Positions 1 to 12,814 of a DNA stretch of 64,000 nt are shown here, piece after piece. Each line of letters starts with the position of its first letter. Within the stretch, counting starts at the first letter, position 1. Below the pieces are notes generated by a model. That model was not told the origin of the DNA. It searched no databases and saw only the letters and a list, made by a program, of their open reading frames with translations. Source of the DNA: Veleropilina oligotropha (taxonomy: Eukaryota); contig JBEUKZ010000018.1 of the NCBI GenBank assembly GCA_048128005.1, forward strand, positions 62,001 through 126,000, written 5' to 3'. The position numbers and the translations under genes are program-made.

Positions 1-414
1 CACTATTATCACAGAGCCATACATGACTATAAATCAACAAATTTATGCTTCCACTTAATAATATAATATGTGTATTAAGACTTTTGCAGTCTGCTTGTCA
101 AAATATATTGGTTTCTTAACCTTTCCTGTGTGGAGTTTATTTTGACTCTGCATGTAGTTTTTAGGGCACTATATTTTGACTGTATACTTATATGTGAGCC
201 GCGTACAGGGAAGGGTATGGGGCCACATACATACGGGAGTCGCATACGAACGGTTATAATGGTGAATCCAACGTCATAGAACATTATATTACTTTGGTTG
301 TTTTAGAGCTGGGATGGCTACAGTACTATAGAAATATACGAGTCATGCGAGCCATTTCACGGCTTTGACGTTCTAGTTATTATATTTTTAAGGTGTGGAA
401 AGGTGGAGGGGAGT

Positions 415-668
415 GGTCATGGGTGGCAGGGAGGGGTCATAGGGTGGCAGGGAGGGGTCATAGGATGGCGGGGGGGGGGGAGGGGTCATAGGGTGGCGGG
501 GAGGGGTCATAGGTGGTGGGGAGGGGTCATAGGTGGCGGGGAGGGGTCATAGGGTGGTGGGGAGGGGTCATAGGTGGCGGGGAGGGGTCATAGGTGGCGG
601 GGAGGGGTCATAGGTGGCAGGGAGGGGTCATAGGGTCACGCCAGTGGCGGGATGGGTCATAGGATGGC
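415..668. repeat. G-rich 20-21 bp minisatellite (ggggaggggtcatagggtggc), ~11 copies
   Basis: Direct tandem copies of ggggtcatag(g)gtggc visible. Confidence 0.9.
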
Positions 669-2544
669 ACACCCGCCACCTTATAAGTGCCCGGGGAGAA
701 CCCTGAGTTCCCAATCTTCTGCCCTGGGAACATATGACTCCAACACCTATGCAACTAGTATTAATCGACCCAATATCTGCGTGCTGGTATGTTACAAGAC
801 CGCAAGAATAATCTTGATCAGTCTGAAATATCCCAGTGTAATATCAAAATTCTCTGCCCTCACCGCCTCTGGGATTGTGGCAGACACAGTGCACGTTTCG
901 GTCGCGGTAATATAATGACGGTATCAGTTGTGCTGTTGGCCTGGAGGATATACTCACACAACAGCACGATCGATGATGTCTGTTGGTTTCATTATAGTTA
1001 GTGATAGATCACAAATCAGCATTACTGGTAATTAAGCTTTTGGAGGCACGCACATTCACTCCACAGAGAGTTCGTTGCAGTTTAAGCATCATGTCAATTG
1101 TTAGAATTAGGCAAATGACGTTTCTTTCATCGAGTATGGTATCGTAGAGCAAATTTTCAATTTATGATTCAAAACCGTTCTCGGAGGCTTGGTTAACCAA
1201 GATTATTTAATTGAAATTTTATTAATATCAAATCACCGCTGTAAATTATATAACGCAAGACTGTTTATCTTTGTACTTAGTATCCGTAAACTGTGTACAT
1301 TGAATATTTGAAATAATTAAATTCAGCTATAATTAAATTCTGATGCAACATTGAGATGAACGATTGATGCGTGTTAGTGATGAGAGATCAAGGTGACATG
1401 CATCATAAGTCTGAGAGACGTGGAATTGTAACCTCGTGATTCAGGTTTTGTTGTCATGCTATTGATCATACCTCGAGGAGATTTTTTCATGTTAACTGTT
1501 TTTACATGTTCTGGAATCCACCGTGTAATGTGTGTAGTCAGACCATCAAAAGTGTAAATCAATGCTAGAATTCCTATCTGTGCTCTGCTGGCTGGCTTAA
1601 TTCAATAGGTCTATTAACTTAACACGTTTATTCTGGTGGTGATAATGCCACAGTTTCATCTGAAATTATTGTAGGCATCTAGTACTAATGAAGTAGACTG
1701 TATTAAACTTGCATTACCTGTAATTATCGCATAATGCCCTACCATACCTTACGTACACATATGTGGATGTCATAAAAAGTTTTGATGATTCAAAGTGAAA
1801 GAACCTACATTGTTTGCTGTTTTATAATAAGAAATCTCCGCTGTATCGCTACCGGCTGCTCAGATTGGCATTCAACGGCAGCTATTTTGAGTTAAACCCT
1901 ATCATTTCGGCCAACACCGTATCGCCTAATTTCTTTCGGTGTGCTTCTCATCGAAACGCGCAGACCTTTCGTTAAATATGAAAAAATATATGTCAATAAA
2001 TTACATGCAATGTGACATTATTGTAAATAAGTATTAATGTTTGTCACGGTGCTGCTTATTGCCTCCTAGTGAAGGGCTTATAATGACTACGCAAGGTGCA
2101 TATACAACACCGAAGATGACACCTAGACAGACGTTGAAGAACACATACCGATTTCGATGAGTGATGTCAAACTTTAAAGACTTCAAAGAATACAAGTGCA
2201 GTGTGAAATAATATGGGGCCTCGGGACAATGTTGCAACCCAACGTTTCACAGTTCCCAAGTTAATTATGGCAGTCCCCAATGACATAATTTACTTCCGCG
2301 AAATGACCGTCATTTTTAAACATGGTGGTCCAAAGGACCATTGATTTTAATAATACCTGCTTACTATTAATTGTTATCACACACAATAGTTTTTTGTAAA
2401 GTTATTATTGTAGCCTATAAAATATATGTGGGCTACTGCCGCTAGTGATCAGTACTTTATGACCTGTACATTTTAAATTTGACCAGTTTTTAAAATTCCA
2501 CGTGGTCCATTGGACATAGTGGTTTGGAATTTGTATTTCTAGCC

Positions 2545-4428
2545 CTGATGGGTTCATGTCAGGAGATAAGGACGGCCATGGTAACACTGTCACATTATTG
2601 TCATTCAGGAAATCCTGCGTGAACTTGGCTGTGTGCAGTCGCGAATTGTCATGTTGGAACACGAGTTTTTTGTTTCCATGTTGACGGAGTAGTGGTACAA
2701 GTACATACTGAAAAATGATGTTGACGTAATGCTGCATGAGTATTCAGGTTTCCGGGAACAATGACAAGATGCCATCGAAAACGAGCATTGATCGCCAACG
2801 AGACCATGACTAGGGACACCCATGGCACATAAAAATCGTATTAAATTCACAATCAACACGATGGTGATGTGTCGTGATGAAAACAGTCACCATATGGAAG
2901 ATATATTACTATAATTAATTACTCACCCATACGCTAAAATAGAGTTAGAACTCATTTCCTACCAAACACTTGTCGGCTATGATCCCTGTTTATGACTGAT
3001 AACGGAAGTGCAAGTTTGATGACGTCATGTCAGGGTTATATGAAAAGGTTGAATCGTTAAAAATTTTGAGTTGCGGAAAATAATAATATAAAGCACAATA
3101 AGTGGCTGAAATTACGAAAATTTTCGCACTAATCCGCAATCCGCATTTTTGATGTTACAAAAGTTTAAATTATAACCAAATGAATGAGATGGATCCTTTG
3201 ACGGCGTAAAAACCAAATCAAAACGATCTATAATTAGTATTAAAATATTTGACCTTCTAAATAATTGGTCATAAAATATATCTTTTATACAAAATCAAAG
3301 TTTATATTTATTATCGTGAGGTCCCAGTATAATATTTTGTAAAGTAGTAAAATAACCTTACAAAATATATTCACCCGCTCAAAATCTTGTCCGATCGGAA
3401 GAGATATTAAATGTCCACTGCCGTAAAATAGGTTTTACATCGTTTTATAGAGCTTTTCTGTACGAGAAATTATATTTCCGTGATGTCCCCCGGATGAATA
3501 ATATTGTAGCAGAATGTGCGAGACAGTAATACCCTCGTTTTGGAAAAACAGCTCGCTGACATCATTTCACAGGTGAACGTTGCCAGGTAAAGGTCTCCCT
3601 ACCATGACACCACTGCCTCCAAATCGACCCCTCTCTAAAACGCAGTTCCACGCAAATCGTTCTCCATTATGTCGGTACAGCTGACGTTGAGCCGAGATTC
3701 GTCAGAGAAAAGACATATGTACATTGACTCTACCCAAGATGACCCCCTACTGCAGCAAGCTTGTGTCTGTAAAATATGAGCTTGATGGACAACGTGCATG
3801 TATGCCTTGCGTGGGTCGACAGACGTCGAAGCACAGTTCGAGAGTTTATTGGTGGTCTCATCCCAAATGTGGCAGCAGCAGTCGTCGCGGCTGTTTGAAG
3901 ACGATCCCGTAGATGGCTACGTGTGATTTGACGATACTGCCGCTGTCGTAACACGATGTGCACCTGGATGTGACCGATCTTCCACTCGTCCCGTAAGTCG
4001 ATGACGTGTCTCTAAGCATTGAATTATCGATTTATGGACACTAGAGTGGCGCGCAACTTTGTGAGGTCTCATTCCTGCGATAAGCATCCCAATAGCGTGG
4101 TTCCTCTCATCATTATCGAGACGTGGCATAATGGCAGTGCGCGCTAATGGCATTTTGCATGTGGCTTTTATAGGGCTTAAATCACTACTTTGCACGTGCA
4201 ACATCAAGTTTAAAATTCGGGTCATGATTAAGCGGTAATCACACCGAGTCGCATTATTATGCAAATTACCACTATTCATGAACATATCGGTTAATCAGCA
4301 AAAAATGACGCACAGTGTGTGCGCGTGATTGCCAGGCACAACATACACTGCCATAAAATAAATTTGAGGGTTTATTTCACTCAGTTTTCAGATTAATTTG
4401 ATTTGCGTTTTCATTGCCTCTCAGTATA
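2545..4428 (-). mobile_element. Decayed Tc1/mariner-superfamily (Tc1-like) transposon, interrupted by unrelated DNA at ~2880-3570
   Basis: Minus-strand fragments in the expected order: N-terminal HTH (MPRLDNDERNHAIGML...RVTT, ~4130-3930), second HTH-like segment (3730-3963), GERF...RFGGSGVMV (~3600-3670), and the DDE C-terminus FQHDNSRLH...VLPWPSLSPDMNP (2737-2550). Frameshifted and truncated. Candidate terminus TA-TACTGAGAGGC at ~4428. Confidence 0.85.
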
Positions 4429-4997
4429 TTATATTTACAGAAATATGACAAGTGTTTGTTTTCTGTTATTACTAATGAAGTCTGATCAATAGTTACTTAT
4501 ATAGAATCAGATACCATATGTCAAACAAATATCCATTGTCTGAGTCTGTTGCCTGTTTACATCTAATTAATTTCACAGGGAAAGTTAATGCCTGTCAGGC
4601 TTGATATCATCAGTAAAAGCCTCTGACAGTTTATTGTTCTCTGTACTGGTAACCAAGGTAACTACAAAGAGAGGGTTTAAGACCACACATGTGACCATTG
4701 AAGTGACAACATGTGCTGACAATCTGTTTTGTTTTAAACTTGCGACATTACATTTATAGGTAACGCCCTTCACCCAAAACTGTGGATTAAGATTAAACAT
4801 GTTCAAAAGGAATTTCACCAATATTGTCAAGTTAATGTCACTTTGACAGCGATATTAATTATTATATTATGTCGATTTCTTCTCTTATGTAAATATCCAT
4901 AAGGGAAGGTGGTCATATTTTCTGTACATGCATGTATAGCCGAAGCTGACAGGTTACACCGGTGGCCGAGTGTGTTAAAGCGCAACTACTGATTAAC

Positions 4998-6594
4998 CAT
5001 ACATGTGATAAACCCAAAATACCATTCCAGGAGGTTGGGGTCAATATTCCAGGAGATTCCAGAAGTATTTTTATCGGAGGATTTTATCGTCGATTTCGTC
5101 ATATATTTGAAATTATTTGAATAAAAAGGCATTCATAGAAATGAAATATTATTTTATTTATGCAATCAAAACAATACCAATAAATATTATAATTAAATAT
5201 ATATATTTTCAACACCATAAAATAATTATATAATACAACCTTAAATATTTACAATTCTTATTGTATATATCTTCAGTAAAGTACAACATGCACAGCCTTA
5301 ATTACTTAATTACTTGATCAGCATATTAACATATGTTGTCATAACAAAATTAAACCTAAACAAGAACGACGCGTTCGAAATATGTCTTGACCTTTCTTTA
5401 TTTCCCTCAAATTTTCATAACAGTTAATACAATGGCTAAGTGCAAGTACTTCATGGCTTAAATTACTACCCCGTCGATTATGACGTCACCAAATGACGAT
5501 TAATCTAAAGCGACGTCATAATGACGTCATTGCTATTTGCTTGCAATATTAGACATCAGTTACATACGAATATGGATTAAAGTGCTCAATAAATGCATAT
5601 TTTTGCAAAATTGTGTCGCGAAAGTTATATACACGACCTACAAATACTCTTGGGAATGTGTGTACCAATTTTGGTGAAAATTGACCTGGTAGTTTTCAAA
5701 TAAATCGACGGATATATATATATATATGTATATACACACGGACCATTTGATAATGTCTTGTCCTTTTTTACAAAAAGGTCAAGACATAAAAAGCCGATTA
5801 TCATTAATCATCTTATATTTTTAAAAGTTCTTGCGGACAATCCAGATTACATTTGCGGTTAGGCCTAATAGCTATGCACTTTGCCGATAAACGCAAACTT
5901 GTATTAAATCACTAGAGCTCAGAGCATGTCAGTTGCGCTAATCCCTAGTATTTGGCAACTCTACTGAAACTCTTGATGAGTAATTAAACAATAGACGTTT
6001 TCATAACATTTATTCCGAATTAATTTGCTTTATAAGCTCTATTGACATCTAATTCTTTGTGAACTACGGGCCTACATCAAATAGATCACAACGTTGATTC
6101 GAAAATTATCTTCGTATTAAATAGTACAAATTTAAATACCCGGTGCGAGATTATTTTGTAACGCAATATAAAGAGATATGAAAGTCGGAAAACACTCGTA
6201 TATTTCCGTAAGTAGTTCCCGAAATTACTACGCGACAATTGCTATAAACACAAAAGCACGCTTAGTGCTTGTGGTAAACGAAGTATCAAACGAATATTTT
6301 GACAATAATCTTCATGCTCTATCGCGTTCTATCTACACAATTTATGTAGGGGTATATTGTTACAGCATCTACTGTATTTGACGACTTATTAAACGAGTTC
6401 CGTTTACCGACTCCAAAACTATTGCGGATAACTCGATAAGAAATAACATTGCGAAAATAGCTTTGAGCGAGAAATCAAGATATTCCGGTAGGAATTTGTT
6501 ATTTCGGGAGATTTCTGTCATTTCGGGAGTAGGCCATTTTGGGGGTGCCGATTTCGGGAGAATTGTACTCCCGGCGGGAGGTATCACATGTATG
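4998..6594. mobile_element. Non-autonomous TIR DNA transposon, 13-bp TIR, 7-bp TSD (P- or hAT-subgroup-like)
   Basis: catacatgtgata (4998) / tatcacatgtatg (6582-6594); TSD gattaac at 4991-4997 and 6595-6601; subterminal ttccaggag and tttcgggag repeats. Confidence 0.88.
5358..5793 (-). mobile_element. Helentron-associated (HINE/DINE-1/pearl-like) element nested in the TIR element
   Basis: Subterminal inverted motif atgtcttgacc (5382) vs ggtcaagacat (~5777), terminal hairpin at 5753-5788, internal (TA)n, A-rich insertion site. Confidence 0.55.
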
Positions 6595-6705
6595 GATTAA
6601 CCCGTGATTGCTATGACTTCGCTTAGTGAGTTTAAATAAACCCTCGTCTCAATTTGCGGAGTTATAACAGACACATTGGTCCATACATGTTGGTGACGGC
6701 GGGAT

Positions 6706-9700
6706 TTCCCTGTTGACTGAGCTTTTCTCCTGTAGAAGTCTTGAACACGCCTTCCCTGTTGACTGAGCTTTTCTCCTGTAGAAGTCTTGAACACGCCTTC
6801 CCTGTTGACTGAGCTTTTCTCCTGTAGAAGTCTTGAACACGCCTTCCCTGTTGACTGAGCTTTTCTCCTGTAGAAGTCTTGAACACGCCTTCCCTGTTGA
6901 CTGAGCTTTTCTCCTGTAGAAGTCTTGAACACGCCTTCCCTGTTGACTGAGCTTTTCTCCTGTAGAAGTCTTGAACACGCCTTCCCTGTTGACTGAGCTT
7001 TTCTCCTGTAGAAGTCGTGAACACGCCTTCCCTGTTGACTGAGCTTTTCTCCTGTAGAAGTCTTGAACACGCCTTCCCTGTTGACTGAGCTTTTCTCCTG
7101 TAGAAGTCTTGAACACACCTTCCCTGTTGACTGAGCTTTTCTCCTGTATAAGTCTTGAACACGCCTTCCCTGTTGACTGAGCTTTTCTCCTGTAGAAGTC
7201 CTGAACACGCCTTCCCTGTTGACTGAGCTTTTCTCCTGTAGAAGTCTTGAACACGCCTTCCCTGTTGACTGAGCTTTTCTCCTGTAGAAGTCGTGAACAC
7301 GCCTTCCCTGTTGACTGAGCTTTTCTCCTGTAGAAGTCTTGAACACGCCTTCCCTGTTGACTGAGCTTTTCTCCTGTATAAGTCTTGAACACGCCTTCCC
7401 TGTTGACTGAGCTTTTCTCCTGTAGAAGTCTTGAACACGCCTTCCCTGTTGACTGAGCTTTTCTCCTGTAGAAGTCTTGAACACGCCTTCCCTGTTGACT
7501 GAGCTTTTCTCCTGTAGAAGTCTTGAACACGCCTTCCCTGTTGACTGAGCTTTTCTCCTGTAGAAGTCTTGAACACGCCTTCCCTGTTGACTGAGCTTTT
7601 CTCCTGTAGAAGTCGTGAACACGCCTTCCCTGTTAACTGAGCTTTTCTCCTGTAGAAGTCTTGAACACGCCTTCCCTGTTGACTGAGCTTTTCTCCTGTA
7701 GAAGTCGTGAACACGCCTTCCCTGTTGACTGAGCTTTTCTCCTGTAGAAGTCTTGAACACGCCTTCCCTGTTGACTGAGCTTTTCTCCTGTAGAAGTCTT
7801 GAACACGCCTTCCCTGTTGACTGAGCTTTTCTCCTGTAGAAGTCTTGAACACGCCTTCCCTGTTGACTGAGCTTTTCTCCTGTAGAAGTCTTGAACACGC
7901 CTTCCCTGTTGACTGAGCTTTTCTCCTGTAGAAGTCTTGAACACGCCTTCCCTGTTGACTGAGCTTTTCTCCTGTAGAAGTCTTGAACACGCCTTCCCTG
8001 TTGACTGAGCTTTTCTCCTGTAGAAGTCTTGAACACGCCTTCCCTGTTGACTGAGCTTTTCTCCTGTAGAAGTCTTGAACACGCCTTCCCTGTTGACTGA
8101 GCTTTTCTCCTGTAGAAGTCTTGAACATGCCTTCCCTGTTGACTGAGCTTTTCTCCTGTAGAAGTCTTGAACACGCCTTCCCTGTTGACTGAGCTTTTCT
8201 CCTGTAGAAGTCTTGAACACGCCTTCCCTGTTGACTGAGCTTTTCTCCTGTAGAAGTCTTGAACACGCCTTCCCTGTTGACTGAGCTTTTCTCCTGTAGA
8301 AGTCGTGAACACGCCTTCCCTGTTGACTGAGGTTTTCTCCTGTAGAAGTCTTGAACACGCCTTCCCTGTTGACTGAGCTTTTCTCCTGTAGAAGTCTTGA
8401 ACACGCCTTCCCTGTTGACTGAGCTTTTCTCCTGTAGAAGTCTTGAACACGCCTTCCCTGTTGACTGAGCTTTTCTCCTGTAGAAGTCTTGAACACGCCT
8501 TCCCTGTTGACTGAGCTTTTCTCCTGTAGAAGTCTTGAACACGCCTTCCCTGTTGACTGAGCTTTTCTCCTGTAGAAGTCTTGAACACGCCTTCCCTGTT
8601 GACTGAGCTTTTCTCCTGTAGAAGTCGTGAACACGCCTTCCCTGTTGACTGAGCTTTTCTCCTGTAGAAGTCTTGAACACGCCTTTCCTGTTGACTGAGC
8701 TTTTCTCCTGTAGAAGTCTTCAACACGCCTTCCCTGTTGACTGAGCTTTTCTCCTGTAGAAGTCTTGAACACACCTTCCCTGTTGACTGAGCTTTTCTCC
8801 TGTAGAAGTCTTGAACACGCCTTCCCTGTTGACTGAGCTTTTCTCCTGTAGAAGTCTTGAACACGCCTTCCCTGTTGACTGAGCTTTTCTCCTGTAGAAG
8901 TCTTGAACACGCCTTCCCTGTTGACTGAGCTTTTCTCCTGTAGAAGTCTTGAACACGCCTTCCCTGTTGACTGAGCTTTTCTCCTGTAGAAGTCTTGAAC
9001 ACGCCTTCCCTGTTGACTGAGCTTTTCTCCTGTAGAAGTCTTGAACACGCCTTCCCTGTTGACTGAGCTTTTCTCCTGTAGAAGTCTTGAACACGCCTTC
9101 CCTGTTGACTGAGCTTTTCTCCTGTAGAAGTCTTGAACACGCCTTCCCTGTTGACTGAGCTTTTATCCTGTAGAAGTCGTGAACACGCCTTCCCTGTTGA
9201 CTGAGCTTTTCTCCTGTAGAAGTCTTGAACACGCCTTCCCTGTTGACTGAGCTTTTCTCCTGTAGAAGTCTTGAACACGCCTTCCCTGTTGACTGAGCTT
9301 TTCTCCTGTATAAGTCTTGAACACGCCTTCCCTGTTGACTGAGCTTTTCTCCTGTAGAAGTCTTGAACACGCCTTCCCTGTTGACTGAGCTTTTCTCCTG
9401 TAGAAGTCTTGAACACGCCTTCCCTGTTGACTGAGCTTTTCTCCTGTAGAAGTCGTGAACACGCCTTCCCTGTTGACTGAGCTTTTCTCCTGTAGAAGTC
9501 TTGAACACGCCTTCCCTGTTGACTGAGCTTTTCTCCTGTATAAGTCTTGAACACGCCTTCCCTGTTGACTGAGCTTTTCTCCTGTAGAAGTCTTGAACAC
9601 GCCTTCCCTGTTGACTGAGCTTTTCTCCTGTAGAAGTCTTGAACACGCCTTCCCTGTTGACTGAGCTTTTCTCCTGTAGAAGTCTTGAACACGCCTTCCC

Positions 9701-10788
9701 TGTTGACTGAGCTTTTCTCCTGTAGAAGTCGTGAACACGCCTTCCCTGTTAACTGAGCTTTTCTCCTGTAGAAGTCTTGAACACGCCTTCCCTGTTGACT
9801 GAGATTTTCTCCTGTAGAAGTCGTGAACACGCCTTCCCTGTTGACTGAGCTTTTCTCCTGTAGAAGTCTTGAACACGCCTTCCCTGTTGACTGAGCTTTT
9901 CTCCTGTAGAAGTCTTGAACACGCCTTCCCTGTTGACTGAGCTTTTCTCCTGTAGAAGTCTTGAACACGCCTTCCCTGTTGACTGAGCTTTTCTCCTGTA
10001 GAAGTCTTGAACACGCCTTCCCTGTTGACTGAGCTTTTCTCCTGTAGAAGTCTTGAACACGCCTTCCCTGTTGACTGAGCTTTTCTCCTGTAGAAGTCTT
10101 GAACACGCCTTCCCTGTTGACTGAGCTTTTCTCCTGTAGAAGTCTTGAACACGCCTTCCCTGTTGACTGAGCTTTTCTCCTGTAGAAGTCTTGAACACGC
10201 CTTCCCTGTTGACTGAGCTTTTCTCCTGTAGAAGTCTTGAACACGCCTTCCCTGTTGACTGAGCTTTTCTCCTGTAGAAGTCTTGAACACGCCTTCCCTG
10301 TTGACTGAGCTTTTCTCCTGTAGAAGTCTTGAACACGCCTTCCCTGTTGACTGAGCTTTTCTCCTGTAGAAGTCTTGAACACGCCTTCCCTGTTGACTGA
10401 GCTTTTCTCCTGTAGAAGTCTTGAACACGCCTTCCCTGTTGACTGAGCTTTTCTCCTGTAGAAGTCTTGAACACGCCTTCCCTGTTGACTGAGCTTTTCT
10501 CCTGTAGAAGTCTTGAACACGCCTTCCCTGTTGACTGAGCTTTTCTCCTGTAGAAGTCTTGAACACGCCTTCCCTGTTGACTGAGCTTTTCTCCTGTAGA
10601 AGTCTTGAACACGCCTTCCCTGTTGACTGAGCTTTTCTCCTGTAGAAGTCTTGAACACGCCTTCCCTGTTGACTGAGCTTTTCTCCTGTAGAAGTCTTGA
10701 ACACGCCTTCCCTGTTGACTGAGCTTTTCTCCTGTAGAAGTCTTGAACACGCCTTCCCTGTTGACTGAGCTTTTCTCCTGTAGAAGTC
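6706..10788. repeat. 46-bp satellite (ttccctgttgactgagcttttctcctgtagaagtcttgaacacgcc), ~89 copies, main block
   Basis: Near-identical tandem copies with no indels. Confidence 0.99.
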
Positions 10789-12604
10789 CAGGCATGTGAA
10801 CTGTCACGAATTTTCGTGATTGTCACGAATTCAGGGGTCCAAAATTGACGTTTCCCGAATTCACGAAAACGTATAAAAATATCACGAATTCCGATATTTT
10901 TTTAAATAAATATTTCTTAGCATGAAAATAAGTGCATTACTGAGCAAATAATTTTATTTCCTCATTAATTGACTCGCAATGATTGATCACCACTAACGGT
11001 CACGTACCCCAGTGCAACACGTGTTAACAGCTCAAGTTTCCGCGTCGGGTTTATCGCTTATATCCCGCTGTTATGTCGCGAGTTGCAAAAATCGACACCG
11101 AGCCGCCATTGTTAATTTGTTTTCCGGGAGAGGCTCATGGTAATTAATTAGGAATTTGGTTCAATGAAAGACTAGTAACAGTGATAACATTGTAGTTTCT
11201 TTAGGATAAGCGTTTTATTTCCCATGTACCATTCCTTTTGTACTGTATGTTCAACTGATATATCCATTGGACATTCGGGTATTTTTGACATAAGGGGATC
11301 GTTCGGGGTATCGATAGTGTGAAAAAAATGAAAAATTTGTTTATGCCATAAATATACCAACTAACCACTACTGTTTATGAATTACTGTCTGTTTTGGTTA
11401 TTACTTGCCTGTGTATATATGAATAAAGGATCTTTTCATGCCTTGTTTACCTAATTTTATTCCATTATCCATCATTTTTTCACTCAAAAGATCGATTTTA
11501 TACTCATTTTACAACTGGTCAAACTTCCTTCAGCCATGTTTTGTTTTGGATAAGTCTAGTCTCATATGAAAGTGTGATTTCACGAGATTTTAGTCACCAC
11601 ATTAATATTCAGTAGCATCCAGAAATAGCGACGATGCCATTGGATGAAAAGCCCATGACGACACCTAATGCGTTCACATAATATTAGCCTACACTCAAGC
11701 AGAGCATCTGGTTGGTTGGTTGGTTGACATAGGTTCACCGCGCATGCGCACTGGACGGTTACATGACTTACTATACTGAATCTGGTGAGTCAGTGATGAC
11801 TAGAGATTTATAAATAGGTGACACAGTTTACGATGTCTGTACTGGGAATGGATAGGCAATAGACAGATTTTAAATACGGAGATTAAATAGAGAATAAGCA
11901 AAAATAGTATCTTTGAAGACATAAATAATAAGAAATTAGAAGAATTAAATATTAAGAACTTACAAGAAGTGACAGCGTGTAAACAAAGCAATGATGCACG
12001 ATAGTTGATAGGTCAACAATGAACCATGCATAAGATGAAATTTTTCCAACAGGGATAAATACGCAAATGGTCCCAATATGGAATTACTGGTATGAGAGAT
12101 AATACGGCAAATGCCAATTAGATACATTGACAATAACGCAAATGATCTAGAAAGTTCAAGTGAACATTTATATCATGATTTTGTTATATGCCCTAATGTT
12201 AGGAAACTTGGATATATTAAATGCAATGGAATTAATTATGAAAACGCACTTTTTTAAGAGAGAATCATTGATATTTCTTGTTTGTCAGTGTACATATTGT
12301 CGTGTACATATAAACTACTAAAAGACACTGACAATGAAACAAAAAAGACATGAACATTATGAACAATCCTACCATAAAGTGCTCTACATCACAATATTAT
12401 ACATTTTTATACTGAACTGTTTTTATTTGCTTGTTTATTAAATATTTGCAACCAATACAATGTTGATTTTTCATTATGTATGAAGAAACATGGAAAATTA
12501 TGTCGCGAAATGGGTCGATAAAAATGGTCCCTAATTTTGGGTCCAATTCACTAATTTTGATCTGAGATGTCCCTAATTTTGATTTCAAAAGGTTCACATG
12601 CCTG
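10789..12604. mobile_element. Non-autonomous TIR DNA transposon inserted in the 46-bp satellite, 13-bp TIR, 6-bp TSD
   Basis: caggcatgtgaac (10789) / gttcacatgcctg (12592-12604); gaagtc duplicated at 10783-10788 and 12605-12610 (alternative parse: 14-bp TIR with 4-bp aagt); subterminal tcacgaa and ccctaatttt repeats. Confidence 0.92.
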
Positions 12605-12814
12605 GAAGTCTTGAACACGCCTTCCCTGTTGACTGAGCTTTTCTCCTGTAGAAGTCTTGAACACGCCTTCCCTGTTGACTGAGCTTTTCTCCTGTAGAAG
12701 TCGTGAACACGCCTTCCCTGTTAACTGAGCTTTTCTCCTGTAGAAGTCTTGAACACGCCTTCCCTGTTGACTGAGCTTTTCTCCTGTAGAAGTCTTGAAC
12801 ACGCCTTCCCTGTT
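12605..12814. repeat. 46-bp satellite, second block (~4.5 copies)
   Basis: Same unit, resuming in register after the insertion. Confidence 0.98.

Noticed and set aside
955..993. Possible minus-strand first exon MKPTDIIDRAV followed by gtgagt
   Set aside because: Too short, with no recognisable homology or supporting downstream exon.
6597..10826. 1409-aa ORF and overlapping minus-strand ORFs
   Set aside because: The 46-bp unit lacks minus-strand stops, so all three frames give the same 46-aa cycle. The ATG lies inside an inserted transposon end and there is no sign of codon-level constraint.
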